From IMG/VR virus record IMGVR_UViG_3300045988_092923, positions 1-34,818 of that record: 34,818 nt of DNA, one strand, 5' to 3'. The stretch is from a virus. The notes beneath the pieces were generated by a model, which worked only from the letters and a program-made list of their open reading frames with translations, was not told the origin of the DNA and made no database searches. Shown here one piece after another: positions 6,897 through 15,446 of the stretch; the first letter of the stretch is position 1; each line of letters opens with the position of its first letter. A program made the position numbers and the translations under genes.

Positions 6897-7400
6897 CTAG
6901 TCCTTTGTGTATACGTAGGCCCTGAGGCCCTTTGTGTCGTTGTAGATGCTCAGTCCCGTTATCTGGCCGCCCTCAATACGCACCTTCTCGCAACGGAACT
7001 TGTCGTAGCAGGCTGGGCGTCCGTTCTTGCCCTGCTTGATGTTGCACTTCTCGGCGGGAACCCAGATGAACGGAGCCGTGTAAAGCTCGCGCCCGATTCC
7101 CAACATGAAGCCAGCCCGCTTGAATGCATCCGAGGCCCTTCCCTTCTCGGCTTCCATATTGGAAGGCGTCCCGTTTGACTGCTTGGCAATCCACTGGGAC
7201 TTTTTTGCGTCCCAGACCTCGATTGTGCAGAACAACTCGCCGTTGATGCTCTGGTAAGAGTCGCGCCAGCCCATGACGCCGAAGGTCTCGTCCAGGATGC
7301 GCATGTCGCAACGGCTGTCCTTGTAAAGCAGGAGCGACACGCCCCTCTGGCCGCACTGGGCTACGCGCACCTCGATTTCGTCTGCCCTCAACTCGCGCAT
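6897..7400 (-). CDS. Rad52/Sak-type single-strand annealing protein
   Basis: LLLYKDSRCDMRILDETFG..W...Y, EKGRASDAFKRAGFMLGIGRELY is characteristic of Rad52/22 (DUF1071/Sak) phage recombinases. Confidence 0.8.
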   Translation of the reverse strand: MRELRADEIEVRVAQCGQRGVSLLLYKDSRCDMRILDETFGVMGWRDSYQSINGELFCTIEVWDAKKSQWIAKQSNGTPSNMEAEKGRASDAFKRAGFMLGIGRELYTAPFIWVPAEKCNIKQGKNGRPACYDKFRCEKVRIEGGQITGLSIYNDTKGLRAYVYTKD

Positions 7401-7401
7401 G

Positions 7402-7884
7402 TCACTTCACCTGAAGGCTCTCGTTGGTGACGATTTCGGCGTGCTCTACATCGCGCCCGTCAGCCAGAGCGGCCTTGATTGCTGTGCGGTTCGGCACAGG
7501 CTCCTTGTAGGTCAGCAAATCGTCGGCGTGTTCCTCAGCCCATGCCACGAAGCCATCATAGACATGAACGCTCTTCGCCTTGCGGTAGCTGCAACGCACC
7601 TTGGCCGACTCGAACTTCTCGCCCTTCAGCGCGTAGGCGAGAAGGGACTTGATGCGCTCGGCCTTGTTCTCCACGGCCTTTCGGCGCTGGGCGAGGTTCG
7701 ATTCCTCTTCCCTCATGGCCTTGGCTTCGGCAACGAGGTTCTTGTAGAAGCAGCCGATGTTCTCGACCTTCTGCGTGCGCTCCATCTGAAGCTCGTCGTA
7801 GCGCTTCTCGTCCTCGATTTCGCCCGTCTCCATATCAACCAGAGACGTGATTGCATCGTCGATTTCGTAAATGCTCATACCCAT
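7402..7884 (-). CDS. Siphovirus Gp157-like protein
   Basis: MSIYEIDDAITSLVD...ETGEI... followed by coiled-coil segments is the typical Gp157-family N-terminus. The gene sits immediately upstream of the annealase, as is usual. Confidence 0.7.
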   Translation of the reverse strand: MGMSIYEIDDAITSLVDMETGEIEDEKRYDELQMERTQKVENIGCFYKNLVAEAKAMREEESNLAQRRKAVENKAERIKSLLAYALKGEKFESAKVRCSYRKAKSVHVYDGFVAWAEEHADDLLTYKEPVPNRTAIKAALADGRDVEHAEIVTNESLQVK

Positions 7885-7985
7885 GTTGTCGTTCCTTTCT
7901 CTTTGAGTTCTTCAAGCTCTTCCTCGGTATAGAAAACGTCTTGTCCCGCAAATAGCTTGTTAATCAGGTCGTACAGAGCCGTCAT
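7875..7985 (-). CDS. Possible small protein (36 aa)
   Basis: MTALYDLINKLFAGQDVFYTEEELEELKEKGTTTWV follows gaaggagcacATG. It bridges the gap between the Cro-like and Gp157-like genes. Confidence 0.35.
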   Translation of the reverse strand: MTALYDLINKLFAGQDVFYTEEELEELKEKGTTTWV

Positions 7986-8229
7986 GTGCTCCTTCGTCGG
8001 ATTGCCCCTCTCCATTCTCGTCACCGTCCCCGAAAAGATAGTCGAGCGTGTAGGTAGCATCGTTGCGTCCCTCAAGCTCAGACTGGATTGCCATCATCTC
8101 GCCAAGTCGGAACTGTCGCTTTCCAGACAGCAGCCGCCACAACGTACCGTACTTGACTCCGATTGCATCCGCCATCTCCGAGTTTGTCAGCCCAGCTCGT
8201 GCGATTTCGGCCTTCAGATTCTTGTACAT
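7960..8229 (-). CDS. XRE-family HTH protein, Cro-like (first early gene)
   Basis: LKAEIARAGLTNSEMADAIGVKYGTLWRLLSGKRQFRLGEMMAI is an XRE-type HTH. The gene is divergent from the repressor gene. The RBS is aagggggtgatgatATG. Confidence 0.8.
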   Translation of the reverse strand: MYKNLKAEIARAGLTNSEMADAIGVKYGTLWRLLSGKRQFRLGEMMAIQSELEGRNDATYTLDYLFGDGDENGEGQSDEGAHDGSVRPD

Positions 8230-8240
8230 ATCATCACCCC

Positions 8241-8272
8241 CTTATGTGCTCAATGTGCGCACTTATGTGCTC
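8241..8272. promoter_or_regulatory. Putative operators: direct repeat CTTATGTGCTC x2 (8241-8251, 8262-8272) flanking the palindrome GTGCGCAC (8255-8262)
   Basis: Read directly. The repeat period is 21 bp, and the site lies between the early -10 and the Cro-like RBS. Confidence 0.55.
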
Positions 8273-8283
8273 CAACAATTTCC

Positions 8284-8311
8284 ATTATAGGTAAGAAGTT
8301 TCAAAATGCAA
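8284..8311 (-). promoter_or_regulatory. Putative early (lytic) promoter: -35 TTGCAT (8306-8311), 16 nt, -10 TATAAT (8284-8289)
   Basis: Minus strand reads ctaTTGCATtttgaaacttcttaccTATAATgg, upstream of the Cro-like gene. Confidence 0.6.
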
Positions 8312-8350
8312 TAGGTTTTTCTAAAAATGTCAAAACTTGCTTTCAGTTTT

Positions 8351-8377
8351 GAACACTTTAGTGTTTACAGTGAACAC
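8351..8377. promoter_or_regulatory. Putative operators: overlapping inverted repeats AACAC-TTTA-GTGTT (8352-8365) and GTGTT-N7-AACAC (8361-8377)
   Basis: Read directly. The repeats overlap the -35 of the plus-strand promoter. Another AACAC lies at 8412-8416. Confidence 0.5.
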
Positions 8378-8393
8378 CTATAAATTATATAAT
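8364..8393 (+). promoter_or_regulatory. Putative lysogeny promoter: -35 TTTACA (8364-8369), 18 nt, -10 TATAAT (8388-8393)
   Basis: Plus strand reads gtgTTTACAgtgaacacctataaattaTATAATtg, upstream of the repressor gene and its RBS gaaaggag. Confidence 0.55.
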
Positions 8394-8449
8394 TGTCTAG
8401 GCAAACGTGGTAACACCAACGTTTAGCGGGGAAAGGAGTCGAATTTTGG

Positions 8450-8758
8450 ATGGCATTTACTGACAATTTGCAGGCGCTTATGAGCGCAAAAGGGATATCC
8501 CGTCGAAGATTGGCGAAAGAGTGCGGGATAAGCCCCAGCGCGGTGAACAGCTGGTTCAACCGCAGCGCCGAGAACATCAGCTTGCAGACGCTGAAGAAGC
8601 TGTCTGATTACTTCGGGATAAGCATCGAAGAGCTTGTCCACGGTACGAAGACGCGGCACGAGCTGGTATTCACGAGCGATACATACACGGAAGATGAACT
8701 CGCGCAGATTAAGCAATTCGCGCACTTTTTAATAGGACAACGAGAAAGGAATGAATGA
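8450..8758 (+). CDS. XRE-family HTH repressor (CI-like, no peptidase domain)
   Basis: LQALMSAKGISRRRLAKECGISPSAVNSWFNR...LQTLKKLSDYFGISIEELV is an XRE-type HTH. It is one of only two plus-strand genes and is co-oriented with the integrase. Confidence 0.8.
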   Translation: MAFTDNLQALMSAKGISRRRLAKECGISPSAVNSWFNRSAENISLQTLKKLSDYFGISIEELVHGTKTRHELVFTSDTYTEDELAQIKQFAHFLIGQRERNE

Positions 8759-8761
8759 TGG

Positions 8762-10264
8762 ATGGCATACGCAATGTACCTGCGCAAGTCACGCGCAGAC
8801 GAGGAATTGGGATACGAAAACACGCTTGAACGACACGAGGAAATGCTGCGCAACCTCGCGGCTCAGACTGGAATACACGTCGATGAATCGCACATATACC
8901 GCGAGATTGTCTCGGGTGAGAGCATCGAAGCCCGCCCACAGATGCAAAGGCTGCTGAAGGCAGTCGAGATGGGACTTTACACGGGCGTTCTGTGCATCGA
9001 GCTTGAACGTCTCAGCCGTGGGGACGGAGCCGACCAGCAGCGCATACTGAAGGCGTTTCAGTTTTCCGACACGAAGATAATCACGCTCACGAAAACATAT
9101 GACCTTGCTGGCGATGATTCTTTCGACGAGGAATTCTTTGAGTTCGGGCTCTTCATGAGCCGACGCGAGTACAAGATGATAAAAAAGCGCCTGTATCGCG
9201 GAAGGATACAAGCGCAGAAGGAAGGATATTTCATAGGGTCGCGCCCACCATACGGGTACGACAAGAAGCGAATCGGGAAAGGCTACGTGCTGGTGCCGAA
9301 CGAGAACGCGGAAGTCGTTCGATACATCTTCAGGAGGTACGCGCAATACGACACTGCGGCGAACATCCTGCATGACCTGAACAACATGGCAATACCTACA
9401 GTGACTGGGGCGAAATGGACGGCATACGCCATCCGCGAGGTCATTAAGAACCAGACGTACATCGGAAAGATAAACACGAAGACAGTCCGTTGCGAGAAGT
9501 CGATACGGGATGGGAAGGTCGTGCAAAAATGGCTCAACAACTACGAGCCAGTGACAGTCGAAGGAAGGCACGAGCCGATAGTTGATGAAGAGTTGTTCTG
9601 GAAGTGTCAGGAAGTCCGCGACAGCAAGAAGACGAGAACGAGGTCAGACCAGACGCTGAAAAACCCATTCGCGTCGATAATGTTCTGCAGCGTGTGCGGC
9701 AAGACGATGCGCAGAACCCACTACGATTACAAGGGCGAAAGAACGTTTTACTACGGATGCCAAACGTCACGATGCGAGACGAAGAACACCTTCACGCACG
9801 TCGTATATGACATGGTGATTGACGAACTCAAGAAGGAACTGGAACGACAGCAGGTAGTGCTCGCCGATTACGACACATCCCCAGAGCATGACGCGAGAAG
9901 GGACGAACTCGAAATGCTCAAGGCCGAACTCGGAAAGAAGTCGATGATGCTTGAAAGGGCGTGCGAAGCATACGAGACTGGAGTCTACGACCGACAGACA
10001 TACTTGGAGCGAGTCCAGAAGGTAAACGCAGCAAGGGCTGAGCTTCAGGCAAGGGTCGAGGACTTGGAGAAGAGCATCGATGAAAGCGAGGAAAGGCACG
10101 AGAAGGCGGTGCCGATTCTCACAAGGGTTGTCGAGGAAATGCACACCTTGGAGCCGAAGGAGCAGAACGACCTACTCAAGATGATTGTCGATAGAATCGA
10201 ATACGAAAAGACTGAGTCGGGCGCGGCGATAGAACCTACGCTCCGAATCAGTCTCAAAATATAG
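8762..10264 (+). CDS. Large serine recombinase (integrase)
   Basis: The N-terminal resolvase-type catalytic region is YLRKSRAD...RLSRGD. A recombinase domain follows. The zinc ribbon is CSVCGKTMRR...YYGCQTSRC, and a long C-terminal coiled coil completes the 500-aa protein. Confidence 0.9.
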   Translation: MAYAMYLRKSRADEELGYENTLERHEEMLRNLAAQTGIHVDESHIYREIVSGESIEARPQMQRLLKAVEMGLYTGVLCIELERLSRGDGADQQRILKAFQFSDTKIITLTKTYDLAGDDSFDEEFFEFGLFMSRREYKMIKKRLYRGRIQAQKEGYFIGSRPPYGYDKKRIGKGYVLVPNENAEVVRYIFRRYAQYDTAANILHDLNNMAIPTVTGAKWTAYAIREVIKNQTYIGKINTKTVRCEKSIRDGKVVQKWLNNYEPVTVEGRHEPIVDEELFWKCQEVRDSKKTRTRSDQTLKNPFASIMFCSVCGKTMRRTHYDYKGERTFYYGCQTSRCETKNTFTHVVYDMVIDELKKELERQQVVLADYDTSPEHDARRDELEMLKAELGKKSMMLERACEAYETGVYDRQTYLERVQKVNAARAELQARVEDLEKSIDESEERHEKAVPILTRVVEEMHTLEPKEQNDLLKMIVDRIEYEKTESGAAIEPTLRISLKI

Positions 10265-10274
10265 CCTTTCAACC

Positions 10275-10310
10275 ATCATGAGGGGACGCATTTATATACC
10301 CCTCCATGAT
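10275..10310. other. Imperfect inverted repeat, candidate attP core
   Basis: ATCATGAGGGG (10275-10285) and CCCCTCCATGAT (10299-10310) flank the AT-rich centre acgcatttatata. The site is 11 bp downstream of the recombinase stop. Confidence 0.35.
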
Positions 10311-10360
10311 TCCAGAAACACAAGATGTCGGGGCGCTTTGGCAGACATATACAACATATA

Positions 10361-10391
10361 GGGGGAAGCCGCTTGGTTTCCCCCTTTTTTC
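10361..10391 (+). terminator. Rho-independent terminator of the lysogeny operon (possibly bidirectional)
   Basis: GGGGGAAgccgcttggtTTCCCCC is followed by TTTTTT. It lies between the convergent integrase and tail-fibre genes. Confidence 0.8.
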
Positions 10392-10476
10392 GCTTGAAAT
10401 ACCCCTACACCCACTAGGGCCTGCCATTTCTAACGCCTTAAAACGCCTCTCAGCAAGCCGTTTACCTGCGGAAACG

Positions 10477-12231
10477 TCAAGCCGTCCTCTTCCACATGTA
10501 GACGGCAAGATAAGGCGGCATGTTGTTGTGCGCCTTGTTTCCACCAGTGTACAGCGTGTTTACGTTGCCGCTGTAGCCCCTCTTGTCGTTCGCCTGAACC
10601 GTCATTGACGAGGTTGCCCCGCCCGTGGTGTTGTAGTTGTCGAGCGTGTGGTTGTGCGACGGCATTTCGGACGTCGTGAGCTGGTGGGCAGCTTCTCCGC
10701 CCATGCTCCCAGCCGCGTAGGTGTCATCGGCACCAAGCAGGAACCTGCCCCAGATGCGCTCCCACGTCCCGCCGAACAATGCAGCTGGATTGGCATCGGT
10801 CACGCTCAGATAGATTGAGCCGACTGGGTAAGCCCCCTGAGCCGTGATCCATGCCGAATCTCCGAGCTGCAAAACGTCAGATTGGCTGGGCAGGCAGTTC
10901 ACACCGACGCTCGACTTCTTGGTGTCGATAAAAAACGCAGGGATGCCCTTTCCCAAAGTCAGGTTGTATTCTGTCGTTTCCAGCTTGTCAGAGATGGTCA
11001 CAACGAAGTCGTAGGCCGAATCCCTGTCGCACGTCAGCGTTGATTGGATTGAATCTTCCAGCTCGATTGGCGTTCCATAGCTAGAATCCGAAACCTTCTT
11101 GAACTTCGCGGAGATTGTCACGGCATTCTTGCCGTTCAGATACGAGTAGCGTGCGTGAGCCGTGATGTACGTCGTAGGCTCGAAGTTGTTCAGGCGATGA
11201 AGGTCAATGACGGCAGTCGGTGCGCTGTAATCATCGACGGTTACCTGAACCGATTTGATAGCAGTGAACCCACGGCTGTCGGTTGCCGTGACGGTCAGCT
11301 CCTGCGAATACGAGACGTCCACGGCTCCCAGCGAGACGGCCCCAGAACTCGTAACCGTCTTTGATACTCCACCGAACGCGATGGTGTAGCTCGCGATGGT
11401 CGCGCCCTTCTTTGCGGTCGCGGTCGGAACGTTCACGGTCAGCGTGGAATGGTTCTGGATGATGCGCGACTTGTCCCCAGTCACCGCCACGGTCGCAGCG
11501 TTGGTGTCCTCATACGAGACGGCACCGAGTTCGGGCGCTGCGTCAACGACGTTCATCTTCCTGTCAGCGCGAGAATAGTAGGCCGTGCCGTCGATGGTCG
11601 TTTTCAGCGCGTATGTTACCTTCAGTGTCGGCGAATCGTTGCTCGCGTTTCTCAGGGTCGTGCGCTCAGAATCTGTGAGCTGCATCGTGTACGGACCGCC
11701 CGACCCGCTTATTGCGCCAGCCCTAGTAATGCTCCCGCCAGCGAACTCGATTGACAAATCGCACGCGAAAGACGATGGGTTGCTGTACGTCATCGTCGGG
11801 TTCGTCTCGTCGGTGAAGTCGTTGGCCGTGACGATGGTCGCGTTCCTAGCTATCCTGTCGAGCGAGATGGAGCCTGACGCGACGATGCTCCCGACCTTAG
11901 TGCCGTCGATTGTCGCGTTTAGGTTGAACGTGTCGGTTAGCTGCGCTGTCTTGGTCCCGTCCGCGTCATGCGAAACCCTGTGGACGGTCGTACCGAGAAG
12001 CACTGAGCCGCCCTTCTGGTTGATTGCCCCAGACGTATAGCCCTGTGAAACCACTCCAACAGAACACGTGTTTGCACGCGAAGCGATGTTCAGCGAGTAC
12101 GCCGAGCCGATGACGAGCGTGTGCTTGACCGTCACATCCGAGTAGTTCCCCGCTGCGTTCTGGACCGCGCTCCAATCAGCGCGAAGAGTGTAGCCCCGAT
12201 ACGAGCCTGTGATGCTTCCGCTTGATGCCAT
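10477..12231 (-). CDS. Tail fibre / receptor-binding protein with C-terminal phage tail-collar-like domain
   Basis: It is the last gene of the tail module. The C-terminus PVGSIYLS...LFGGTWERIWGRFLLG...GGEAAHQLTTSEMPSHNH...GGNKAHNNMPPYLAVYMWKRT matches the collar/MdpB-type pattern. The N-terminal SLxxDW..Q region resembles DUF859-type siphovirus proteins. Confidence 0.75.
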   Translation of the reverse strand: MASSGSITGSYRGYTLRADWSAVQNAAGNYSDVTVKHTLVIGSAYSLNIASRANTCSVGVVSQGYTSGAINQKGGSVLLGTTVHRVSHDADGTKTAQLTDTFNLNATIDGTKVGSIVASGSISLDRIARNATIVTANDFTDETNPTMTYSNPSSFACDLSIEFAGGSITRAGAISGSGGPYTMQLTDSERTTLRNASNDSPTLKVTYALKTTIDGTAYYSRADRKMNVVDAAPELGAVSYEDTNAATVAVTGDKSRIIQNHSTLTVNVPTATAKKGATIASYTIAFGGVSKTVTSSGAVSLGAVDVSYSQELTVTATDSRGFTAIKSVQVTVDDYSAPTAVIDLHRLNNFEPTTYITAHARYSYLNGKNAVTISAKFKKVSDSSYGTPIELEDSIQSTLTCDRDSAYDFVVTISDKLETTEYNLTLGKGIPAFFIDTKKSSVGVNCLPSQSDVLQLGDSAWITAQGAYPVGSIYLSVTDANPAALFGGTWERIWGRFLLGADDTYAAGSMGGEAAHQLTTSEMPSHNHTLDNYNTTGGATSSMTVQANDKRGYSGNVNTLYTGGNKAHNNMPPYLAVYMWKRTA

Positions 12232-12247
12232 TCGATTTCCCCCCTTC

Positions 12248-13894
12248 CTATGCCAGCGCTACGAACGCGATTCCCGTGCTCGCGTCTGTCTGAATCGGTA
12301 CCATCTTCAGCAAGCCGCCCACTGCGAGCGAGCTGTTGACGTATCCGTTCGCCATGTAGAACACGCCATCGGTCACCCCGTAGGTCGCGTTTCCCTGTGC
12401 GTCGTACCCTACTAGGCCCTGCGAAGCGTTGATTTCGATGCGCGAGCCGTCGTTGGCCCACATGCGCAGTCCTTCCTTGTCAAGCCTTCCGATAACCGAG
12501 CCACCAGCCGAGCGAACCTCCATCACGCCGTTCCCGTTGTCAGTCCCTCCCAGCTTCAGGGTTCCTCCCTTGATGAGGTCTGCCACGAAGTTGATGACGT
12601 TGATGTTCTGCATGTTCATCGTGCCGTCGATGCCCCACGCGCTCTCGAAAGGACCAGCAACGCCGTTGCGCGAGAACGCAATGCCGTTGTCGTTTATCAG
12701 GATGACGTTGTGAGCTTCCTCCTTCGGCAGCGAGTCCAGCACCATGATTTTCGAGCCGTCGTAGATGACGTAAGATGCGCCCATCGACTGCGTGATTGTC
12801 TGGGTGACCGTATCCGTGACGCCCTGAATCGCGCTGTTGACCGTGCTCTGAGCCGCGCTTTGCGCGGACGATTGGAGCGTTCCAGCAAGTCCGCTGAGCG
12901 TCTTGGTGAAGTTCCCGAACTCAATCTCGGTGTACTTTCCGAGAATGCAGTCGTACGTGAACCCTATCACGCTCGTCAGGATGTGAACCCCAAGGCGCTC
13001 GTCGATAACCTCCACCGTGTCACCGACGTCGGTCACGCGCTCCATGTCTGCCTTGAGCGTGTAGTTCACCTTGGGCACGCAGTTTGCGTTGACGTAATCC
13101 TGCGCCTGCCTTCTCAGGTCATCGACAAGGGCCTTGTGGTAGGCAGCCTCGTCGTTGCCATAAGCGTCCTTGTCGATGTCGGACTGCGAGAACGAGACAG
13201 TCTTTGTGTATGGGATGTCCCACTTTTGCTCGCTCTCGACGTAGATTGACGCGCTCGCGTCTTGGTCGTTGAGAAGGATGCCGTCCGCGCCTACTGGTAG
13301 CAGCTTCGTAACGACGTCGCTCCAATCTTCCTCGCACGTCAGCTCCTTGAGGTTCTTGCGGTACCTCACCGTAACGCCGTTGTCAGTGCCGATTGACTGG
13401 CGAAGCTCGATACGGAAATTGTCACGCACAAGATGCCCGCCCCATCGCTCGATGACCGTCTGTATCGCTTCGTAAAGCGACTTTCGCACGCATCTGAAGG
13501 AATCGACCGTCTGAACGTCGGACGTGGTTACGAACTCGCTCCTTGGCTCGGTTGCTTCGTTCAGGTGATCCAGCGCCGCGTTTGCCGTCATGTCAACGAC
13601 ATACGAGTCGGCGATGAGGTAATTCTTTGAGTCATAGAACACGTGCCACGCCTTGAGGGAAACCTTCGTGCTCTTCTTCGTCACGTCCGAGATGCGGAAC
13701 GCCTGAGCGCCCTGCGGCGTGTCGGCGACGATTATCCTCCCGCTCGTCAGGTAGTCGGCGTACTTGGTGCTCGCTTCCAAATCTAGGTAGTAGTCCCCGT
13801 TGTCCTTCTTTGTCACCTTGGCCTTCGTCGGCAGAAGGACGATATCGCCGTTGCTCGTGAAGTCCTTGTCTGTGCTTTGGAATACCCGAATCAT
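12248..13894 (-). CDS. Tail-associated lysin-like protein (Tal; phage minor structural protein N-terminal region)
   Basis: MIRVFQSTDKDFTSNGDIVLLPTKAKVTKKDNGDYYLDLE... is the typical Tal / prophage tail endopeptidase N-terminus. The RBS is agggagggattgaATG. Confidence 0.75.
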   Translation of the reverse strand: MIRVFQSTDKDFTSNGDIVLLPTKAKVTKKDNGDYYLDLEASTKYADYLTSGRIIVADTPQGAQAFRISDVTKKSTKVSLKAWHVFYDSKNYLIADSYVVDMTANAALDHLNEATEPRSEFVTTSDVQTVDSFRCVRKSLYEAIQTVIERWGGHLVRDNFRIELRQSIGTDNGVTVRYRKNLKELTCEEDWSDVVTKLLPVGADGILLNDQDASASIYVESEQKWDIPYTKTVSFSQSDIDKDAYGNDEAAYHKALVDDLRRQAQDYVNANCVPKVNYTLKADMERVTDVGDTVEVIDERLGVHILTSVIGFTYDCILGKYTEIEFGNFTKTLSGLAGTLQSSAQSAAQSTVNSAIQGVTDTVTQTITQSMGASYVIYDGSKIMVLDSLPKEEAHNVILINDNGIAFSRNGVAGPFESAWGIDGTMNMQNINVINFVADLIKGGTLKLGGTDNGNGVMEVRSAGGSVIGRLDKEGLRMWANDGSRIEINASQGLVGYDAQGNATYGVTDGVFYMANGYVNSSLAVGGLLKMVPIQTDASTGIAFVALA

Positions 13895-13913
13895 TCAATC
13901 CCTCCCTATGTAT

Positions 13914-13943
13914 CAAAAAGGGGTGGCGCATGTGCACCACCCC
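13914..13943 (-). terminator. Strong rho-independent terminator inside the tail gene block
   Basis: Minus strand reads GGGGTGGTGCacatGCGCCACCCC (10-bp stem with one G-U pair) followed by TTTTTG. It lies between the XkdX-like ORF and the Tal gene. Confidence 0.8.
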
Positions 13944-13966
13944 AAAGAATAGCCGCTTTCGGCCTG

Positions 13967-14086
13967 TCACAGCTCGATGCCGTAGATGTCCTTGTACGCG
14001 GCCCTCGTGGCTTCCTTGTACTTCTCGGGCACGCTGTCAAAAGTTCGCAGCCCCTTGTAAATCAGACGCGCGTAGATGTAGCCCAT
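13967..14086 (-). CDS. XkdX / CD1375-like small phage protein (39 aa)
   Basis: Hand translation gives MGYIYARLIYKGLRTFDSVPEKYKEATRAAYKDIYGIEL. The RBS is gagggggcttaaaaATG. It has the usual position at the end of a fibre cassette. Confidence 0.55.
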   Translation of the reverse strand: MGYIYARLIYKGLRTFDSVPEKYKEATRAAYKDIYGIEL

Positions 14087-14088
14087 TT

Positions 14089-14409
14089 TTAAGCCCCCTC
14101 AGTGATGCTCGCAAGCGCTTCCTGTAGCTCGCTTATTTGCTCGGCGTTGATTTCGTCCTGTCCCTTCACGCGGCTGGTGAAATGGGCAACGACGTTCTCG
14201 CCGTCCGTCTCGGCCTTCACGGAGACGGGCACAAGATGCTGCACCGCAGCGCCGTCGAAAGTCACGCCCTTCAGGTTGTCCTCGGTGAACTTCGCGCGGA
14301 TTGCGTCAAGCTCCGCGAAGGTCTTGACTACCGCCACGCAGTCGAGCACCGTGCTCGAATCAGTGAAGTCGTAGGTCGTGCCGTTCGTAAATTTCAGTGT
14401 CTTTGCCAT
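14089..14409 (-). CDS. Hypothetical protein (106 aa), fibre-cassette member
   Basis: The RBS is aaaggaggaaaaATG. No motif was recognised. Confidence 0.7.
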   Translation of the reverse strand: MAKTLKFTNGTTYDFTDSSTVLDCVAVVKTFAELDAIRAKFTEDNLKGVTFDGAAVQHLVPVSVKAETDGENVVAHFTSRVKGQDEINAEQISELQEALASITEGA

Positions 14410-14430
14410 TTTTCCTCCTTTTGATGTTCC

Positions 14431-15084
14431 CTACCCCAGATGCGCAAGGCTCCCAGCAACTCCCGCCTTGACGTATAGGACGGTTATCGTAACGGTGAGT
14501 TCGGGCCAGTTCGACCCGCCGACGTTGTTTGCACGCATTGTGACACGCGCGTGCTGATTGCTTGTAATATCAATCCATGTAGGGCTGAACGTCCCCGCAT
14601 GGTTAGATGTGAAGCCAGAGACACAAACTGGCGTCCAGCCACTCAAAGCCGCGTCAACATCGACGTCAACGGTGGCCCCAGGGGCTATATTCGTGAAAGA
14701 CTGGTCGAACTTCTTGGTCATGATGACGCCGCTAGTAATGCCGCTAATCTCGCCCGTTACCGTCGTTGCCGTGGAGTTGGAATCGCTGATTGTGGAACCC
14801 TTTGCGATTGATGCCGTCACCTTGCGCAAAACGCCACCGACAACGACGTAATCCCCAGCAGAGTACGCCTGAGATGCCGTGGTCGAGGACTCTACCGCAG
14901 CGCTCGGGACGATTTGGCGCTGAATCGCCACGTTGTCTGCGTTCCTCACCTCGTACGTGAACGTTGCCCCATCAGTGTACGTGATTGTGTACGTGTCAAC
15001 GACGCCAGTCGTTGCGGTCTTCTCGATTTTCGAGATTCCTCGACCGTCTTTTCCCTTGACGTTGCCGATTAAAGTCTTTGCCAT
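14431..15084 (-). CDS. Tail fibre-like protein (217 aa)
   Basis: The N-terminal module KGKDGRGISKIEKTATTGVVDTYTITYTDG is shared with the upstream 114-aa protein. The RBS is gaggggtgatggctaATG. Confidence 0.7.
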   Translation of the reverse strand: MAKTLIGNVKGKDGRGISKIEKTATTGVVDTYTITYTDGATFTYEVRNADNVAIQRQIVPSAAVESSTTASQAYSAGDYVVVGGVLRKVTASIAKGSTISDSNSTATTVTGEISGITSGVIMTKKFDQSFTNIAPGATVDVDVDAALSGWTPVCVSGFTSNHAGTFSPTWIDITSNQHARVTMRANNVGGSNWPELTVTITVLYVKAGVAGSLAHLG

Positions 15085-15090
15085 TAGCCA

Positions 15091-15435
15091 TCACCCCTCT
15101 GTAACGTAGTACAAGTTGCCGCTTGCCGAGTCGTACTCGAAGTCTGGCACCTCGTCCGAATCCGAATGGTAGACCCAGAGATTTCCGTCAGCATCGACGC
15201 CCATATTGAAAAGTCCAGACACTGGGACCGAGACTACGTTCCCCGTGTCTCCCTTCTCGCCCTTCTCGCCGTCGCGGCCATTCTGCACATAGAACTTCTG
15301 TTCCACCCCGTTCGTGAGCCTTACCGTGTACGTGTCGATTAGGCCCTCAGTCGCGGTCTTTTCGATTGACTCGATGCTGGCACCAGTCTCGCCCTTGAGC
15401 ATCAGAACCTTGACCGTTTCGTCAATGTTTGCCAT
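15091..15435 (-). CDS. Short collagen-like-repeat fibre protein (114 aa)
   Basis: The start MANIDETVKVL... follows gggggtgaggacATG. The protein carries KGETGASIESIEKTATEGLIDTYTVRLTNG and G-X-Y triplets (GRDGEKGEKGDTG). Confidence 0.7.
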   Translation of the reverse strand: MANIDETVKVLMLKGETGASIESIEKTATEGLIDTYTVRLTNGVEQKFYVQNGRDGEKGEKGDTGNVVSVPVSGLFNMGVDADGNLWVYHSDSDEVPDFEYDSASGNLYYVTEG

Positions 15436-15446
15436 GTCCTCACCCC

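Noticed and set aside
8789-9571. 260-aa minus-strand ORF antisense to the serine recombinase gene
   Set aside because: It overlaps a confidently identified plus-strand gene completely. It has no RBS and its composition is junk-like.
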